Below are positions 52,548 to 62,566 of a stretch of 64,000 nucleotides of DNA, one piece after another. The notes under the pieces are model-generated. The model ran no database searches and had not been told where the DNA came from. It worked only from the letters and a program-made list of their open reading frames with translations. The stretch is from Promethearchaeota archaeon (GTDB lineage: Archaea > Asgardarchaeota > Lokiarchaeia > Sigyniarchaeales > SOKP01): NCBI GenBank assembly GCA_019058445.1, contig JAHPZA010000006.1, positions 160,001 through 224,000 of the forward strand. Direction: 5' to 3'. The position numbers and the translations under genes are program-made. Every line of letters starts with the position of its first letter. Positions within the stretch are counted from its first letter, which is position 1.

Positions 52548-53486
52548 ATGAAATACGTATATGGTCCTGTACCGAGTAGAAGATTAGGAAAATCCTTAGG
52601 CATTGACCTTCTTCCATCAAAAACGTGTAATTTCCAATGCGTCTATTGTCAGTTAGGGAAAACAACACATTTTACGAACACACGGACGAATTTTTTTCCA
52701 AAGGAAGAAGTTATGGGTGAAATCAGAACAGCTATTAATCAATTTGAAAGTGAAACGGATTATATTACGTTTGTAGGGAGTGGAGAACCTACCTTATATA
52801 AAGATCTTGAAGATTTGATTGTATTTACGAAAGAAGTATCAAAAAGGCCTATATGCGTTATTACTAATGGTGCATTATTATATGATCCGGAGGTTCGCAA
52901 TGCCCTCATGCTTGCTGATGTTGTCTTACCAAGTTTAGATGCGGGGAATGAAAAACTATTTATTAAAATCAACAGACCTCACCCCTCTATTAAATTTGAT
53001 GAGATGATTCAAGGATTTCAAGATTTCCGGAAGAAATTCAAGGGGAAATTTTGGATTGAAGTCATGCTAATGAAAGGGATTAATGATTCTAAAAGCCAGT
53101 TATTAGAATTAAAAGAAAAAATCGATGTATTAATGCCAGATAGGATTGATATAAATGTACCTATACGACCCCCCGCAGAAAAATGGGTCGAGCTTCCAGA
53201 TAAGAACATTTTATCACTACTGAATGAGGTTTTCGGAGAATATTCAGACATTCACTTTCCCGAGATGGGAAAATTTTATTTATATTCTACGGATTTTGAA
53301 AAAGAATTCCTTTCCATCATCGAAAGGCATCCCATGAGACAGGATCAAATTATAGAAACCTTTCGCTCTCAGAGTCTAAACCAAGAAGAAATTATTCAGC
53401 GCTTAAAAGCTCTTGAAGAGCAAAAAAAAATTGAAAACATATTCTATAACAACCAGATCTTTTGGAGGTTACGAGTTAAAAAATGA
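52548..53486 (+). CDS. Radical SAM protein (TYW1-like)
   Basis: YGPVPSRRLG.SLG, CNFQCVYC, GSGEPTL. Confidence 0.88.
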   Translation: MKYVYGPVPSRRLGKSLGIDLLPSKTCNFQCVYCQLGKTTHFTNTRTNFFPKEEVMGEIRTAINQFESETDYITFVGSGEPTLYKDLEDLIVFTKEVSKRPICVITNGALLYDPEVRNALMLADVVLPSLDAGNEKLFIKINRPHPSIKFDEMIQGFQDFRKKFKGKFWIEVMLMKGINDSKSQLLELKEKIDVLMPDRIDINVPIRPPAEKWVELPDKNILSLLNEVFGEYSDIHFPEMGKFYLYSTDFEKEFLSIIERHPMRQDQIIETFRSQSLNQEEIIQRLKALEEQKKIENIFYNNQIFWRLRVKK

Positions 53487-53879
53487 TTATTCCGCACTGG
53501 ATTTACCCAAAAGTACACCTTGAAGTGACTCTAATATTTCAGGGGTGATATGATGTTCTATTCCGCAACTTACTTCTTCCACCAACGAGGCATCTTTGAT
53601 TTTTAAAACTGTTGAAAAGAAGCTTTTCAGAACATTATAACAATCCACTTTATCTTGAGCGATAACTTTACCTTTGTCGGTTAGCCGTAATGCTTTCCTT
53701 GGATTCCAAATAATTAATCCATTTTCTTTTAATTTATACAACATACCGGTAACAGATGAAGGTTTAACTTTCATAAAATCCGAGATTTCGTGGTTTGAGC
53801 ACCAACCACCCTTATTCTTTTTTGAAATATAATATATCGCTTTTAGATAATCTTCGGAACTTTCATTTAAATTACTCAT
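53487..53879 (-). CDS. DtxR/MntR family metal-dependent regulator
   Basis: EDYLKAIY, VKPSSVT.ML.KL, IEHH. Confidence 0.88.
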   Translation of the reverse strand: MSNLNESSEDYLKAIYYISKKNKGGWCSNHEISDFMKVKPSSVTGMLYKLKENGLIIWNPRKALRLTDKGKVIAQDKVDCYNVLKSFFSTVLKIKDASLVEEVSCGIEHHITPEILESLQGVLLGKSSAE

Positions 53880-53927
53880 ACGTTTTCAAAATCCCTCCCT
53901 GTGAAATAAAAAATAAAAAAAAAAGAT

Positions 53928-54326
53928 TCATTCCGTTTTTTCTAATTCCTCAATTCTTTTGGAGATATCGTCTAATGCGCTTCGGATATTTCCCAACTCT
54001 GACTCTAAAAAGGTTTTTTCCTGTTTAAGCATTGTCAGTTGAGATTCAGGTGTCTGAGGGGTGAGAATGGCAGGGGGTGGATTCATATATGGGGCATATA
54101 TCGGAGGAGTATACCCCCAGAATCCACCATATCCCCTGCCTCTGCCTCTGCGCCAAGCTAAACCTCTTCCATATCCTATTCCACGCCCCCATCCTCTCCC
54201 AAGTCCCATCCCTGGTCCTTTAGTATATCCGGGGGTATCATATCCCGCACAATAGCCTAATCCTCTGCCTGTCATAGGACCATATCCTCCAGGTCCGGTT
54301 CCATCGCCTCTTGGCATGTTTTTCAC
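53928..54326 (-). CDS. DUF5320 family Gly/Arg-rich protein
   Basis: MPRGDGTGP.G.GPMTGRGLGYCAG; coiled-coil C-terminus. Confidence 0.88.
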   Translation of the reverse strand: MKNMPRGDGTGPGGYGPMTGRGLGYCAGYDTPGYTKGPGMGLGRGWGRGIGYGRGLAWRRGRGRGYGGFWGYTPPIYAPYMNPPPAILTPQTPESQLTMLKQEKTFLESELGNIRSALDDISKRIEELEKTE

Positions 54327-54399
54327 ATCATCTCTTTTTTTATTTTTTTTAATTTTGAATTCTCTAATATAATAAAAGTAACTTAAGTATATAAAAGTA

Positions 54400-54532
54400 A
54401 TGAATAATTATTCATAACAGAAAGGGCTTTATTTTTTATTATTTCAATGTCATTTTAGCGTGAATGATTATTCATTAGGTTTTTATGTTGTGTAAGTTTA
54501 TAGGATATATTAAGATACTGAATTACTATTCA
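54400..54532. promoter_or_regulatory. Three operator copies (54400-54415 perfect; 54461-54474; 54519-54532) between the DUF5320 gene and cdhA
   Basis: ATGAATAATTATTCAT, TGAATGATTATTCA, TGAATTACTATTCA. Confidence 0.7.
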
Positions 54533-54571
54533 TAGTAAATATAAAAAAACAATAAAATTGGAAGGATAAAA

Positions 54572-56920
54572 TTGAGCAAAAAAGGCGCTAAAATTAAGAT
54601 TGATTCCTATAAAGGCCCACTTGGTTCAATAAAAGGGTTTGAATTCACTACTGGACATGTAAGCATGGGAGATGAAACCGAATGGGAACCAATGGGTCCC
54701 CACCCTAAACCTCATATTCCAACACTAAGACCATGGTTCTTTAAATTAATGGAACGATACAAACCTTATTATATGCCAATCTGTGATATGTGTTGCTTAT
54801 GTACTTACGGAAAGTGTAATTTATCTAAAGGCAGGACTGGAGCTTGTGGCATTAATATGGAAACTCAACAAGGGAGGATAGTGGAAATTGCTTGTTGTAT
54901 AGGTGCGTCATGCCATAGTGCTCATGGAGATCATTTATTACATTGGCTTAAGGAAAAATATGGGAATGTTCCAATAAATTTTGGAAATAACATTGAGGTT
55001 GAAATGCCTTGTACTCGATTAATCGTAGGACTCAAACCGCAAAATTTAGAAGACCTTGAAACAGCTATGGAATGGGTTCACTATACGATCACACACTTAT
55101 TAGCAGCCGGGCATACAGGACAAGAATCGAGTTATCTGGACTTTGAGGCTAAAAGCTTTTTAGCTGGATTAGCTGATGCAGTGGGAATGGAAATAGCAGA
55201 TGCAGTGCAAATTGCAGCCTATGGTTTTCCAATGGGGAATCCTGACGTTCCTATTGTAGAATTAGGAATGGGTACATTGGATACAGATAATAAAGCGACC
55301 ATTTTAATGGTTGGCCATAATGTCGCTCCAGGAATCGAATTAGTGGATTATTTAAGGGAGAAGGGATTAGTAGATAAAGTCGATGTAGGTGCAATATGCT
55401 GTACTGCTCTTGATTTAACAAGATATTTCGATGGAGCAAAGGTGGTAGGGTCTCTTTCCCGTCAAATGCATTTTATTCGTTCTGGATTGGCAGATGTAGT
55501 AATGGTTGATGAGCAATGTGTGAATTTAAGATGTTATGAGCAAGCCCAACTTGTAAACGCACCATTTATAGCCACAAATGAAAAAAATATGAACGGGTTA
55601 CCTGATAGAACCGAGGATCCAGTAGAGGTAATTGTTGATGATTTAGTTAGCGGCAAGGCTAAGGGAGTTCTCATCCTAAATCCGATAAAAGCTGGAGCAG
55701 TTGCGGTTGAAACAGCAATTAAGGTTAGACCTCTGAGAAAACAGAAAAGTGCGGTTCCTGACGAGCAAGGATGCATAGATATGGCAATGTACTGTAATGG
55801 TTGCGGAAATTGCCAACGAAATTGTCCAAATGATTTACCACTCGTCGAAGGGATAAAATTAGTCAAGGAAGGCGACTTTTCAGTATTGGCAGAAGCTTTC
55901 GATAGCTGTTTAGACTGCGGCAGATGTGAAGCGGAATGCATGAAAAACGTTTCTCCTTTGACGCTTATTATGTATGCTGGTCGCGAAAAAATTAGAAATG
56001 AAAAGTTTAATTTACGGGTGGGTCGAGGTCCGATCCAAGACACTGAAATTAGAAATGTAGGTGCCCCTATCGTATTAGGAGAAATTCCAGGTATCGTGGC
56101 AATAATAGGTTGTGCAAATTACGGTAAAGAGATTCAAGAACTATATTTAATGGCAGAAGAATTTTGCAATAGAAATTATATTGTAGTAGTTTCTGGTTGC
56201 GGAGCGATGGATATTGGTCTTGTAAAAGATGATGATGGGAAAACTTTGTATGATAGATATCCGGGAGATTTTGCGAGAGGAGGCTTAGTTAATGTTGGTT
56301 CTTGCGTGTCAAATCCCCATATTAATGGTGCTGCGTGCAAAGTCGCAAATATCTTTGCTAGAAGACCATTGAGGGGTAATTTCGAAGAAATAGCAGATTA
56401 TATATTAAATAGAGTTGGAGCATGTGGAGTTGCATGGGGAGCGATGAGTCAGAAAGCCGCGAGTATTGCAAGTAGTTGTAATAGTATGGGAATCCCTGCT
56501 GTCATTGGGCCTCATGCTGCCGAATACCGAAGAATGTATATCGGTAGGGCAGATGATGAAGACACATGGAAAGTATGGAATGCTCGAGACGGTACCTCTG
56601 GACATGTAGTTGGTCCTGGACCAGAACATCTCTTAACTACAGCCGAGAGCATTGAGCAAGCTATTTGTTTAGTGGCAAAAATGTGTCTAAGACCTGCAGA
56701 TAATACCAAAGGTAGGATGATAAAATTATCTCATTGGATCGATTTAGAACGGAAATATAAAGGGGTAGCCTTTCCAAATGATTTGGAAAAATTCATTCGC
56801 GTGGAGGCAGATATACCAATTAGCATGAAAACGGAAATTCAAGAATTTCTGAAATCAAAAAATTGGAAACCAAAAGAAATTATCGATCCAACTCTACTTG
56901 AACGACTTTGTCACAAATAA
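54572..56920 (+). CDS. cdhA: CO dehydrogenase/acetyl-CoA synthase alpha subunit
   Basis: CDMCCLCTYGKC...GACG, GHN, ICCTA, DEQC, two ferredoxin motifs, GSCVSN, WGAMSQKA. Confidence 0.95.
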   Translation: MSKKGAKIKIDSYKGPLGSIKGFEFTTGHVSMGDETEWEPMGPHPKPHIPTLRPWFFKLMERYKPYYMPICDMCCLCTYGKCNLSKGRTGACGINMETQQGRIVEIACCIGASCHSAHGDHLLHWLKEKYGNVPINFGNNIEVEMPCTRLIVGLKPQNLEDLETAMEWVHYTITHLLAAGHTGQESSYLDFEAKSFLAGLADAVGMEIADAVQIAAYGFPMGNPDVPIVELGMGTLDTDNKATILMVGHNVAPGIELVDYLREKGLVDKVDVGAICCTALDLTRYFDGAKVVGSLSRQMHFIRSGLADVVMVDEQCVNLRCYEQAQLVNAPFIATNEKNMNGLPDRTEDPVEVIVDDLVSGKAKGVLILNPIKAGAVAVETAIKVRPLRKQKSAVPDEQGCIDMAMYCNGCGNCQRNCPNDLPLVEGIKLVKEGDFSVLAEAFDSCLDCGRCEAECMKNVSPLTLIMYAGREKIRNEKFNLRVGRGPIQDTEIRNVGAPIVLGEIPGIVAIIGCANYGKEIQELYLMAEEFCNRNYIVVVSGCGAMDIGLVKDDDGKTLYDRYPGDFARGGLVNVGSCVSNPHINGAACKVANIFARRPLRGNFEEIADYILNRVGACGVAWGAMSQKAASIASSCNSMGIPAVIGPHAAEYRRMYIGRADDEDTWKVWNARDGTSGHVVGPGPEHLLTTAESIEQAICLVAKMCLRPADNTKGRMIKLSHWIDLERKYKGVAFPNDLEKFIRVEADIPISMKTEIQEFLKSKNWKPKEIIDPTLLERLCHK

Positions 56921-57138
56921 GCCTAGCATTACTCATAATTTCAAAAATTATACCATAAATTTTTTCTCTTTTTTTTCTACTTATTAGTACGAATAATTTA
57001 ACAGAAAAGTAAGTTTAAATAAAAGTTCTCTTGCTAGAATGATATTATTTCAAAAGAATGGAAAAAAAAGGGGATTTATTAGGAATACCTTAATTTTTCA
57101 CACATTTTAATTAAAATGCATTTTATATAGTGATATGA

Positions 57139-58263
57139 ATGGTAGAATCACCAAATTTAGGATTAAGTATTCTTTCTACGGTTATAGGAATTACAGCAGC
57201 AATTATCTTGACTTTCGTCTGTACGAGGCGTAAAGATTTAAAAGTTTGGCTTGCGGCATATTATGCTGTTGCTATTGGGCTATTGGCGAGTGCTATTGGA
57301 ACCGCTTTAAATCCTGGGGCTCATAATATATTAAGTAATGTGTTCTATTCTCTTGCAATTGTCATTATTTTCATTGCGATAGTGAAAGAGTATCGTCAAA
57401 CGTTCATGGAAAACAAAGTAGATAAAAATAAGTTTAAACAAGCTTTACCTGCTGCAGTTGTCATCAATCCAGTCATATTGGGCATGGAGATCTTCATAAT
57501 CACATTTTGTGTGATTGGGGCCGTTTTACTTTTGCGAATTTATTTACATAAAAGAACTCCTACTCATGCGTTTCTATTTTTAGTTTTACTTTCAGCTTTC
57601 TCTACATTGATGGTCACCGTGATTAGAACTTTTGGAGTAGAGGGTATTAGAGTATTTGGGCAAGGTATTACGATTTTTTTTGACACGATACTTTTAGTGA
57701 CTGCTATAGTTGCCCTTATTGAGCAAAAAATTACAAAAACCTCCATGGCATTGAGAAATGTCATTGATACTGCTACAAAAGCAAGTATCAATGTATCAAA
57801 TATAGCAACTGAATTAGCAGCGAGTGCCAGCGAAGTGAACTCCTCTTCCGAGGAAATTTCTATGACAGTTCAAGAAATTAATCGTGATGCGGCTCAAGTA
57901 ACTACTTCTACAAGTGATTTGAATAACATTATGCAGCTCATCAGAAACGTTGCGGAGCAGACGAATTTATTAGCATTAAATGCTGCTATAGAAGCAGGAA
58001 GAGCAGGAGAATATGGACGGGGATTTGCAGTGGTCGCAGATGAAGTAAGAAAACTTGCCGAAGAATCTAAAAAAGCAGTTGCGGATACGGGCGATAAATT
58101 TAATCTCATTGTGAAAAATATTCAAGCAACATCGACCTCTATGGAAGGAATTAGTGCTTCAACGGAAGAACAGACTGCTTCAATGGAAGAGATTTCAGCT
58201 ACTGCCAATAGACTGGGCAATTTAGCTGAAGATTTGAAAAACTCCTTGAAAAAACAGATATAA
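57139..58263 (+). CDS. Methyl-accepting chemotaxis-like protein with 6-TM sensor
   Basis: MCP hairpin motif; paralog of 33421. Confidence 0.92.
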   Translation: MVESPNLGLSILSTVIGITAAIILTFVCTRRKDLKVWLAAYYAVAIGLLASAIGTALNPGAHNILSNVFYSLAIVIIFIAIVKEYRQTFMENKVDKNKFKQALPAAVVINPVILGMEIFIITFCVIGAVLLLRIYLHKRTPTHAFLFLVLLSAFSTLMVTVIRTFGVEGIRVFGQGITIFFDTILLVTAIVALIEQKITKTSMALRNVIDTATKASINVSNIATELAASASEVNSSSEEISMTVQEINRDAAQVTTSTSDLNNIMQLIRNVAEQTNLLALNAAIEAGRAGEYGRGFAVVADEVRKLAEESKKAVADTGDKFNLIVKNIQATSTSMEGISASTEEQTASMEEISATANRLGNLAEDLKNSLKKQI

Positions 58264-58446
58264 TTCTACTATTTATTCTACTTTTCTCCAATTTTTTTAT
58301 ATAAATCACTCATTTTTCAATTTCTCAATTAGCTAAGTTAGATCTAGTAATTAAGAACCAAATCTAGGTATGAATATTAGAGTTTTTTTAGTGTCCAACA
58401 TAAGTATTAACTATAATTATTATGGTTGAAAAAGTGAAATTATATT

Positions 58447-59469
58447 ATGATTAAAACAAAAATAACTGAAATGTTTGGGATTAAATATCCCATTGTAAGT
58501 GCTCCTATGGGTCCATTCTACACAACAGAATTAACAATTGCTGTGGCTGAAGCAGGAGGTCTGGGAACTTTAAGTCATGTTACGTTAATGGGAAAAAATT
58601 CAGTAACTGATATGAAAGCACAGCTTGAACATGTATTAGAGCATACCGACAAGCCCTTTGGAGTAAATATAAGGACTGCAAGGGTTCAAACCGATCATAA
58701 AATATTGCTAAATCAAATTGCGAAATGGCGCAAGGATAATCCAAAATTGCGGGAACAATTAATTTATGGAGTTACCAGTGCCGGAGGATCTAGAACTGCC
58801 AGTAAAATATGGAAAAAGAAAGCACCTGATCTACATCACTTTCATGTAGCACCTGCTTTGTGGTTGGTTGATAAAGTAGTTGCTGCGGGATGTGATGGGA
58901 TTGTTGCTACGGGAACTGAAGGAGGAGGTCATCAAAGTTATGAAGGTATTAGCACTCTTGTGTTAATCCAGCAAGTAGCGCAAAAGTATCCCGAAAAACC
59001 CTTAATAGCATGCGGCGGGTTTGCTACTCCTGAGGGCGTGGCATCGGGTTTGGCCATGGGTGCAGATGCAGTTGCGATGGGTACCCGATTTATTGCTTCA
59101 AATCAAAGCGAATTTCACCCTAATTATAAAGCACTTATTCCTCCTGCAACGGCGAGAGATACTCTGCTTACAACAGGAGGGTTTGGACCAATAAGATTAT
59201 TAAAAAATAAATATTGCCTTGAACACGGTAAAGTTATTTCGAAAGAGGAAAAAATAAAACAAGAATTAGCATATGATTTAGATGGCTTTTTAGAAGACTT
59301 ACATAAATACATGATCGTTTATACTGAAGGGGACGTTGAAAATGGTGCGATTCCGGTAGGACAAACGGTGGGATTGATTGACTCGTTAATGGATGTAGAT
59401 GATATAATTACAAGTTTCACAAAAGAAGCGGAAAGTATACTAAAGAATCTTTGCTCTAAAATTTCTTAA
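58447..59469 (+). CDS. Nitronate monooxygenase / FabK-like enoyl reductase family
   Basis: YPIVSAPM, AEAGGLG, GTEGGGH, GADAVAMGTRF, GQ.VG. Confidence 0.9.
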   Translation: MIKTKITEMFGIKYPIVSAPMGPFYTTELTIAVAEAGGLGTLSHVTLMGKNSVTDMKAQLEHVLEHTDKPFGVNIRTARVQTDHKILLNQIAKWRKDNPKLREQLIYGVTSAGGSRTASKIWKKKAPDLHHFHVAPALWLVDKVVAAGCDGIVATGTEGGGHQSYEGISTLVLIQQVAQKYPEKPLIACGGFATPEGVASGLAMGADAVAMGTRFIASNQSEFHPNYKALIPPATARDTLLTTGGFGPIRLLKNKYCLEHGKVISKEEKIKQELAYDLDGFLEDLHKYMIVYTEGDVENGAIPVGQTVGLIDSLMDVDDIITSFTKEAESILKNLCSKIS

Positions 59470-59574
59470 TTTTTTTTTTCTATTTATAATTCATGAAGTA
59501 ATAATTAATTTTAAATGTAAAACTTCCATATTGTCTTCAATAGAATTCTAATTATTCATTTCATGTAGATAAAA

Positions 59575-60228
59575 ATGGAACCTATCACCCTTTATATTAC
59601 GATAATATTTTTTGTTTATTGCACTATTTTTTTCTTCCATATCCTATGGAAGTCAAGAAAAATAGACTGGGAACTGAAGTATTACTATTTTGGAATAGCC
59701 TCGTATATAATTTTGTTTGTTATTTCTCAGTCGATGTTTGTAATAAATGAATTGCTTTATACAGGAGGCTCTGGGGTACCTCAGGAGTATTATATAATAT
59801 ACATAATTGCAAATTTTATTGGACAAATGGCGATATTCGGAATAATTGTGGTCGTAGAAAAATATGTGTATAATAAAATGCACTATATCCCATCAGTAAT
59901 TACGTTAATTTCGGCAATTTTAATTTTAGTATTACCTAGGATTAATGACGTAAGCCTTATGATAATCTATATTTTAATTGGCGCTGTTGTAGGAGCTTTA
60001 ATACCCATTATTTATTTCCGAACAGGGTTTCAAGTAAGTGGAAAACCACGCAATAAAAGCTTTATTATTGGCTGTGGTTTAATTATATTTATCCTCGGAG
60101 TCCTATTAAACACATATTTCTTATTAGAACTCATCCCTATATTAGCTATTATTGCTCCTATTGTGCAATTCATTGGAATGGCAATTTTCCATTATGGGCT
60201 TCTCTTATATTATGAATTAGGAGAGTAA
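59575..60228 (+). CDS. 7-TM membrane protein, unknown function
   Basis: About 7 hydrophobic segments in 217 aa. Confidence 0.7.
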   Translation: MEPITLYITIIFFVYCTIFFFHILWKSRKIDWELKYYYFGIASYIILFVISQSMFVINELLYTGGSGVPQEYYIIYIIANFIGQMAIFGIIVVVEKYVYNKMHYIPSVITLISAILILVLPRINDVSLMIIYILIGAVVGALIPIIYFRTGFQVSGKPRNKSFIIGCGLIIFILGVLLNTYFLLELIPILAIIAPIVQFIGMAIFHYGLLLYYELGE

Positions 60229-60340
60229 AGGCAAATAAATTAAAAATGATTAATATTTTTTTTCCAACTATTTTTGAAATAGTATACATTACCTATCTCA
60301 TAAGCATTGATGATTATACTGGATTTAAAAATTCTAAATC

Positions 60341-60604
60341 ATGAACTCCGCTTCTAAAAACTTGCAGGAAAAATTTAAGGAATTATCCAATATTACTTAT
60401 ACTGCGGTAACAGATTTCTCAAAATGTATATCATGTGGTACATGTGTGAAATATTGTCCCTTAAAAATAAGAGTTTTTAATTCTGAGGGAAAAGCTATTA
60501 CAATAAAAACCAGTAAATCATGCGGAGGTTGTTCCGTTTGTTTTAAACGTTGTCGTCAAAATGCTATAAGTTTACTCCCCATTAATAGAAAATCTAAAAT
60601 ATAA
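60341..60604 (+). CDS. 2x[4Fe-4S] ferredoxin
   Basis: CISCGTCVKYCP and CGGCSVCFKRC. Confidence 0.88.
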   Translation: MNSASKNLQEKFKELSNITYTAVTDFSKCISCGTCVKYCPLKIRVFNSEGKAITIKTSKSCGGCSVCFKRCRQNAISLLPINRKSKI

Positions 60605-60649
60605 GTAAAAAAAAAATAAAAAATATTTACAATATAATTTTAATTTTGA

Positions 60650-62440
60650 TTATTCTTCTAATTTTCTCAATTCCCGTCTTAAAATCTTTCCCACTAAAGT
60701 TTTGGGCAGCTCATCGATAATTTCTATTTCTCTAGGGTATTTATACGGACTTATATTCGCTTGACACCATTCCATAAGATCTTCTTTAGTGACTGTTTCT
60801 TTATATTCGTCTTTTAAGGAGATATATGCCTTAATGGTTTGTCCAGTCCCTTCAGGGTGAGGAATACCGATAACACCGACTTCATTAACAGCTTCATTCA
60901 TATATATTAAATTCTCTACTTCTGCTGGAAAAACTCCATGACCTTTGTACTTAATCATATCTCGCTTTCTATCTTTGATCATTAGATATCCTTCTTTATC
61001 AAAACATCCTATATCTGCAGTGTATAACCATGTACGACCTTTATCATCTTTTCTCAATGCATATTTTGTATCTTCTTCTTTACCCAAATACCCAAGCATG
61101 ATCTGGGGACCACAAGCACAAATCTCACCAAGGTATTTTGGATCGTCAGTATTATCATCAGGGCATTTGGGTAAAATTGTTTTGCCATCATCAATGTCTA
61201 CAATTTTAACTAGAGAATCTGACATGGGAAAGCCTACAGTTCTTGGTTTTGACCTGTCAAAAGTCCCACAACACAAATTTGGACTTGTTTCACTTAGTCC
61301 ATATCCTTCTATTATAAGTGCGCCAGTTATATCTTCGAATTTCTTTTTAACTTCGGGAGGCAGAGATGCTCCTCCACTTATACATGCTTTTAATGTGGTT
61401 AATTTTCCTTTGTATTTCAAAGAATCAGGATCCTGATTTATTAAATTCCAAAGTGTCGGCACTCCAGGAATGAATGTTGCCTCTTCTTTCATTAACAATT
61501 TTAAGATTTTTGATTTCTTTTCAGGAGGAGCTGGAAAGAGTATTAATTTATAAGCATTTGAAATTCCTAGATTCATCCCTGAAGATATGCCAAAGACATG
61601 GGCAAAAGGTACAACTAAACCCACACCACCTTTTCCATGGAGATCCTTAACTTCTGGCAATTGATTTTCAAGCCACGCAACACCTTGTTCTGCATTTGCA
61701 GCCATATTAAAATGAGATAGCATTACGCCTTTAGGTACTCCTGTAGTTCCTCCTGTATAAATTAGTGTGGCAACATCTTTCTTCGGATCAATGTCAACTT
61801 TTGGTACTTTGATGGGATCCCCCATATTTAAAATGTCTTGAAATTTATGAAAATCAATAAACCCAACTTTAGTGGGCCATTCTTTCATTCGGGGAACTTT
61901 TCCTAAAGCAGTTCCCAGTTTCGCTTTCATTTTTGGTAAGTATTCACCAATACCCGTTAAGATAATATGCTCAAGTGTCTTCATCTTACTCAAATCTTTA
62001 TCGAGTAAGTATTCTTTATAAAGAAAATCCAAAATAATTAACACTTTGCTGCTTGAATCATTTATCTGATAGGCAATTTCTACAAATTTATGTAGTGGAA
62101 TAATTGGGTTTACTGTTGCTCCTAATCGTTGAATCGCATAAAAAGCCATAATAAATTGAGGTATATTTGGAGTATCAATAGCTACTACATCTCCTTTCTT
62201 TACTCCTAATTTAGCAAGCCCCGTCGCAAACTGATCGGCTGCAATATCTAATTCTTTATAGGTCATTCTAAATCCTTCAAAATAAATAGCTTGCGAATCG
62301 GGATACAATTCTGCCGAATTTCTTAAAAGACTCCCTAAAGTTTTTACTTTATAATCTATATGTTTGGGCACTCCTTTAGGCCAATATTCATACCAATAGC
62401 GCTTAACTTCATCATCTTCTTCTTGGATTCCTTCTTGCAT
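60650..62440 (-). CDS. Long-chain acyl-CoA synthetase
   Basis: YTGGTTGVPKG, GYGLSE, DRKRD, GKILRR. Confidence 0.93.
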   Translation of the reverse strand: MQEGIQEEDDEVKRYWYEYWPKGVPKHIDYKVKTLGSLLRNSAELYPDSQAIYFEGFRMTYKELDIAADQFATGLAKLGVKKGDVVAIDTPNIPQFIMAFYAIQRLGATVNPIIPLHKFVEIAYQINDSSSKVLIILDFLYKEYLLDKDLSKMKTLEHIILTGIGEYLPKMKAKLGTALGKVPRMKEWPTKVGFIDFHKFQDILNMGDPIKVPKVDIDPKKDVATLIYTGGTTGVPKGVMLSHFNMAANAEQGVAWLENQLPEVKDLHGKGGVGLVVPFAHVFGISSGMNLGISNAYKLILFPAPPEKKSKILKLLMKEEATFIPGVPTLWNLINQDPDSLKYKGKLTTLKACISGGASLPPEVKKKFEDITGALIIEGYGLSETSPNLCCGTFDRSKPRTVGFPMSDSLVKIVDIDDGKTILPKCPDDNTDDPKYLGEICACGPQIMLGYLGKEEDTKYALRKDDKGRTWLYTADIGCFDKEGYLMIKDRKRDMIKYKGHGVFPAEVENLIYMNEAVNEVGVIGIPHPEGTGQTIKAYISLKDEYKETVTKEDLMEWCQANISPYKYPREIEIIDELPKTLVGKILRRELRKLEE

Positions 62441-62566
62441 CTTTTTATATCAACTCATATTAAATTGTCAATTAATATAATTGATAAGTTTCTATTTAAA
62501 ACTTTTAATGCAAAGAGAGTTTCTCTCAAAATAAAAAAAAATTGTAAAAATAAAAAGTAAATTGTT

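Noticed and set aside
55534-56043. Antisense ORFs in the track (e.g. 169 aa opposite cdhA, 163 aa at 60945)
   Set aside because: Shadow ORFs of well-supported genes, with no motifs of their own.
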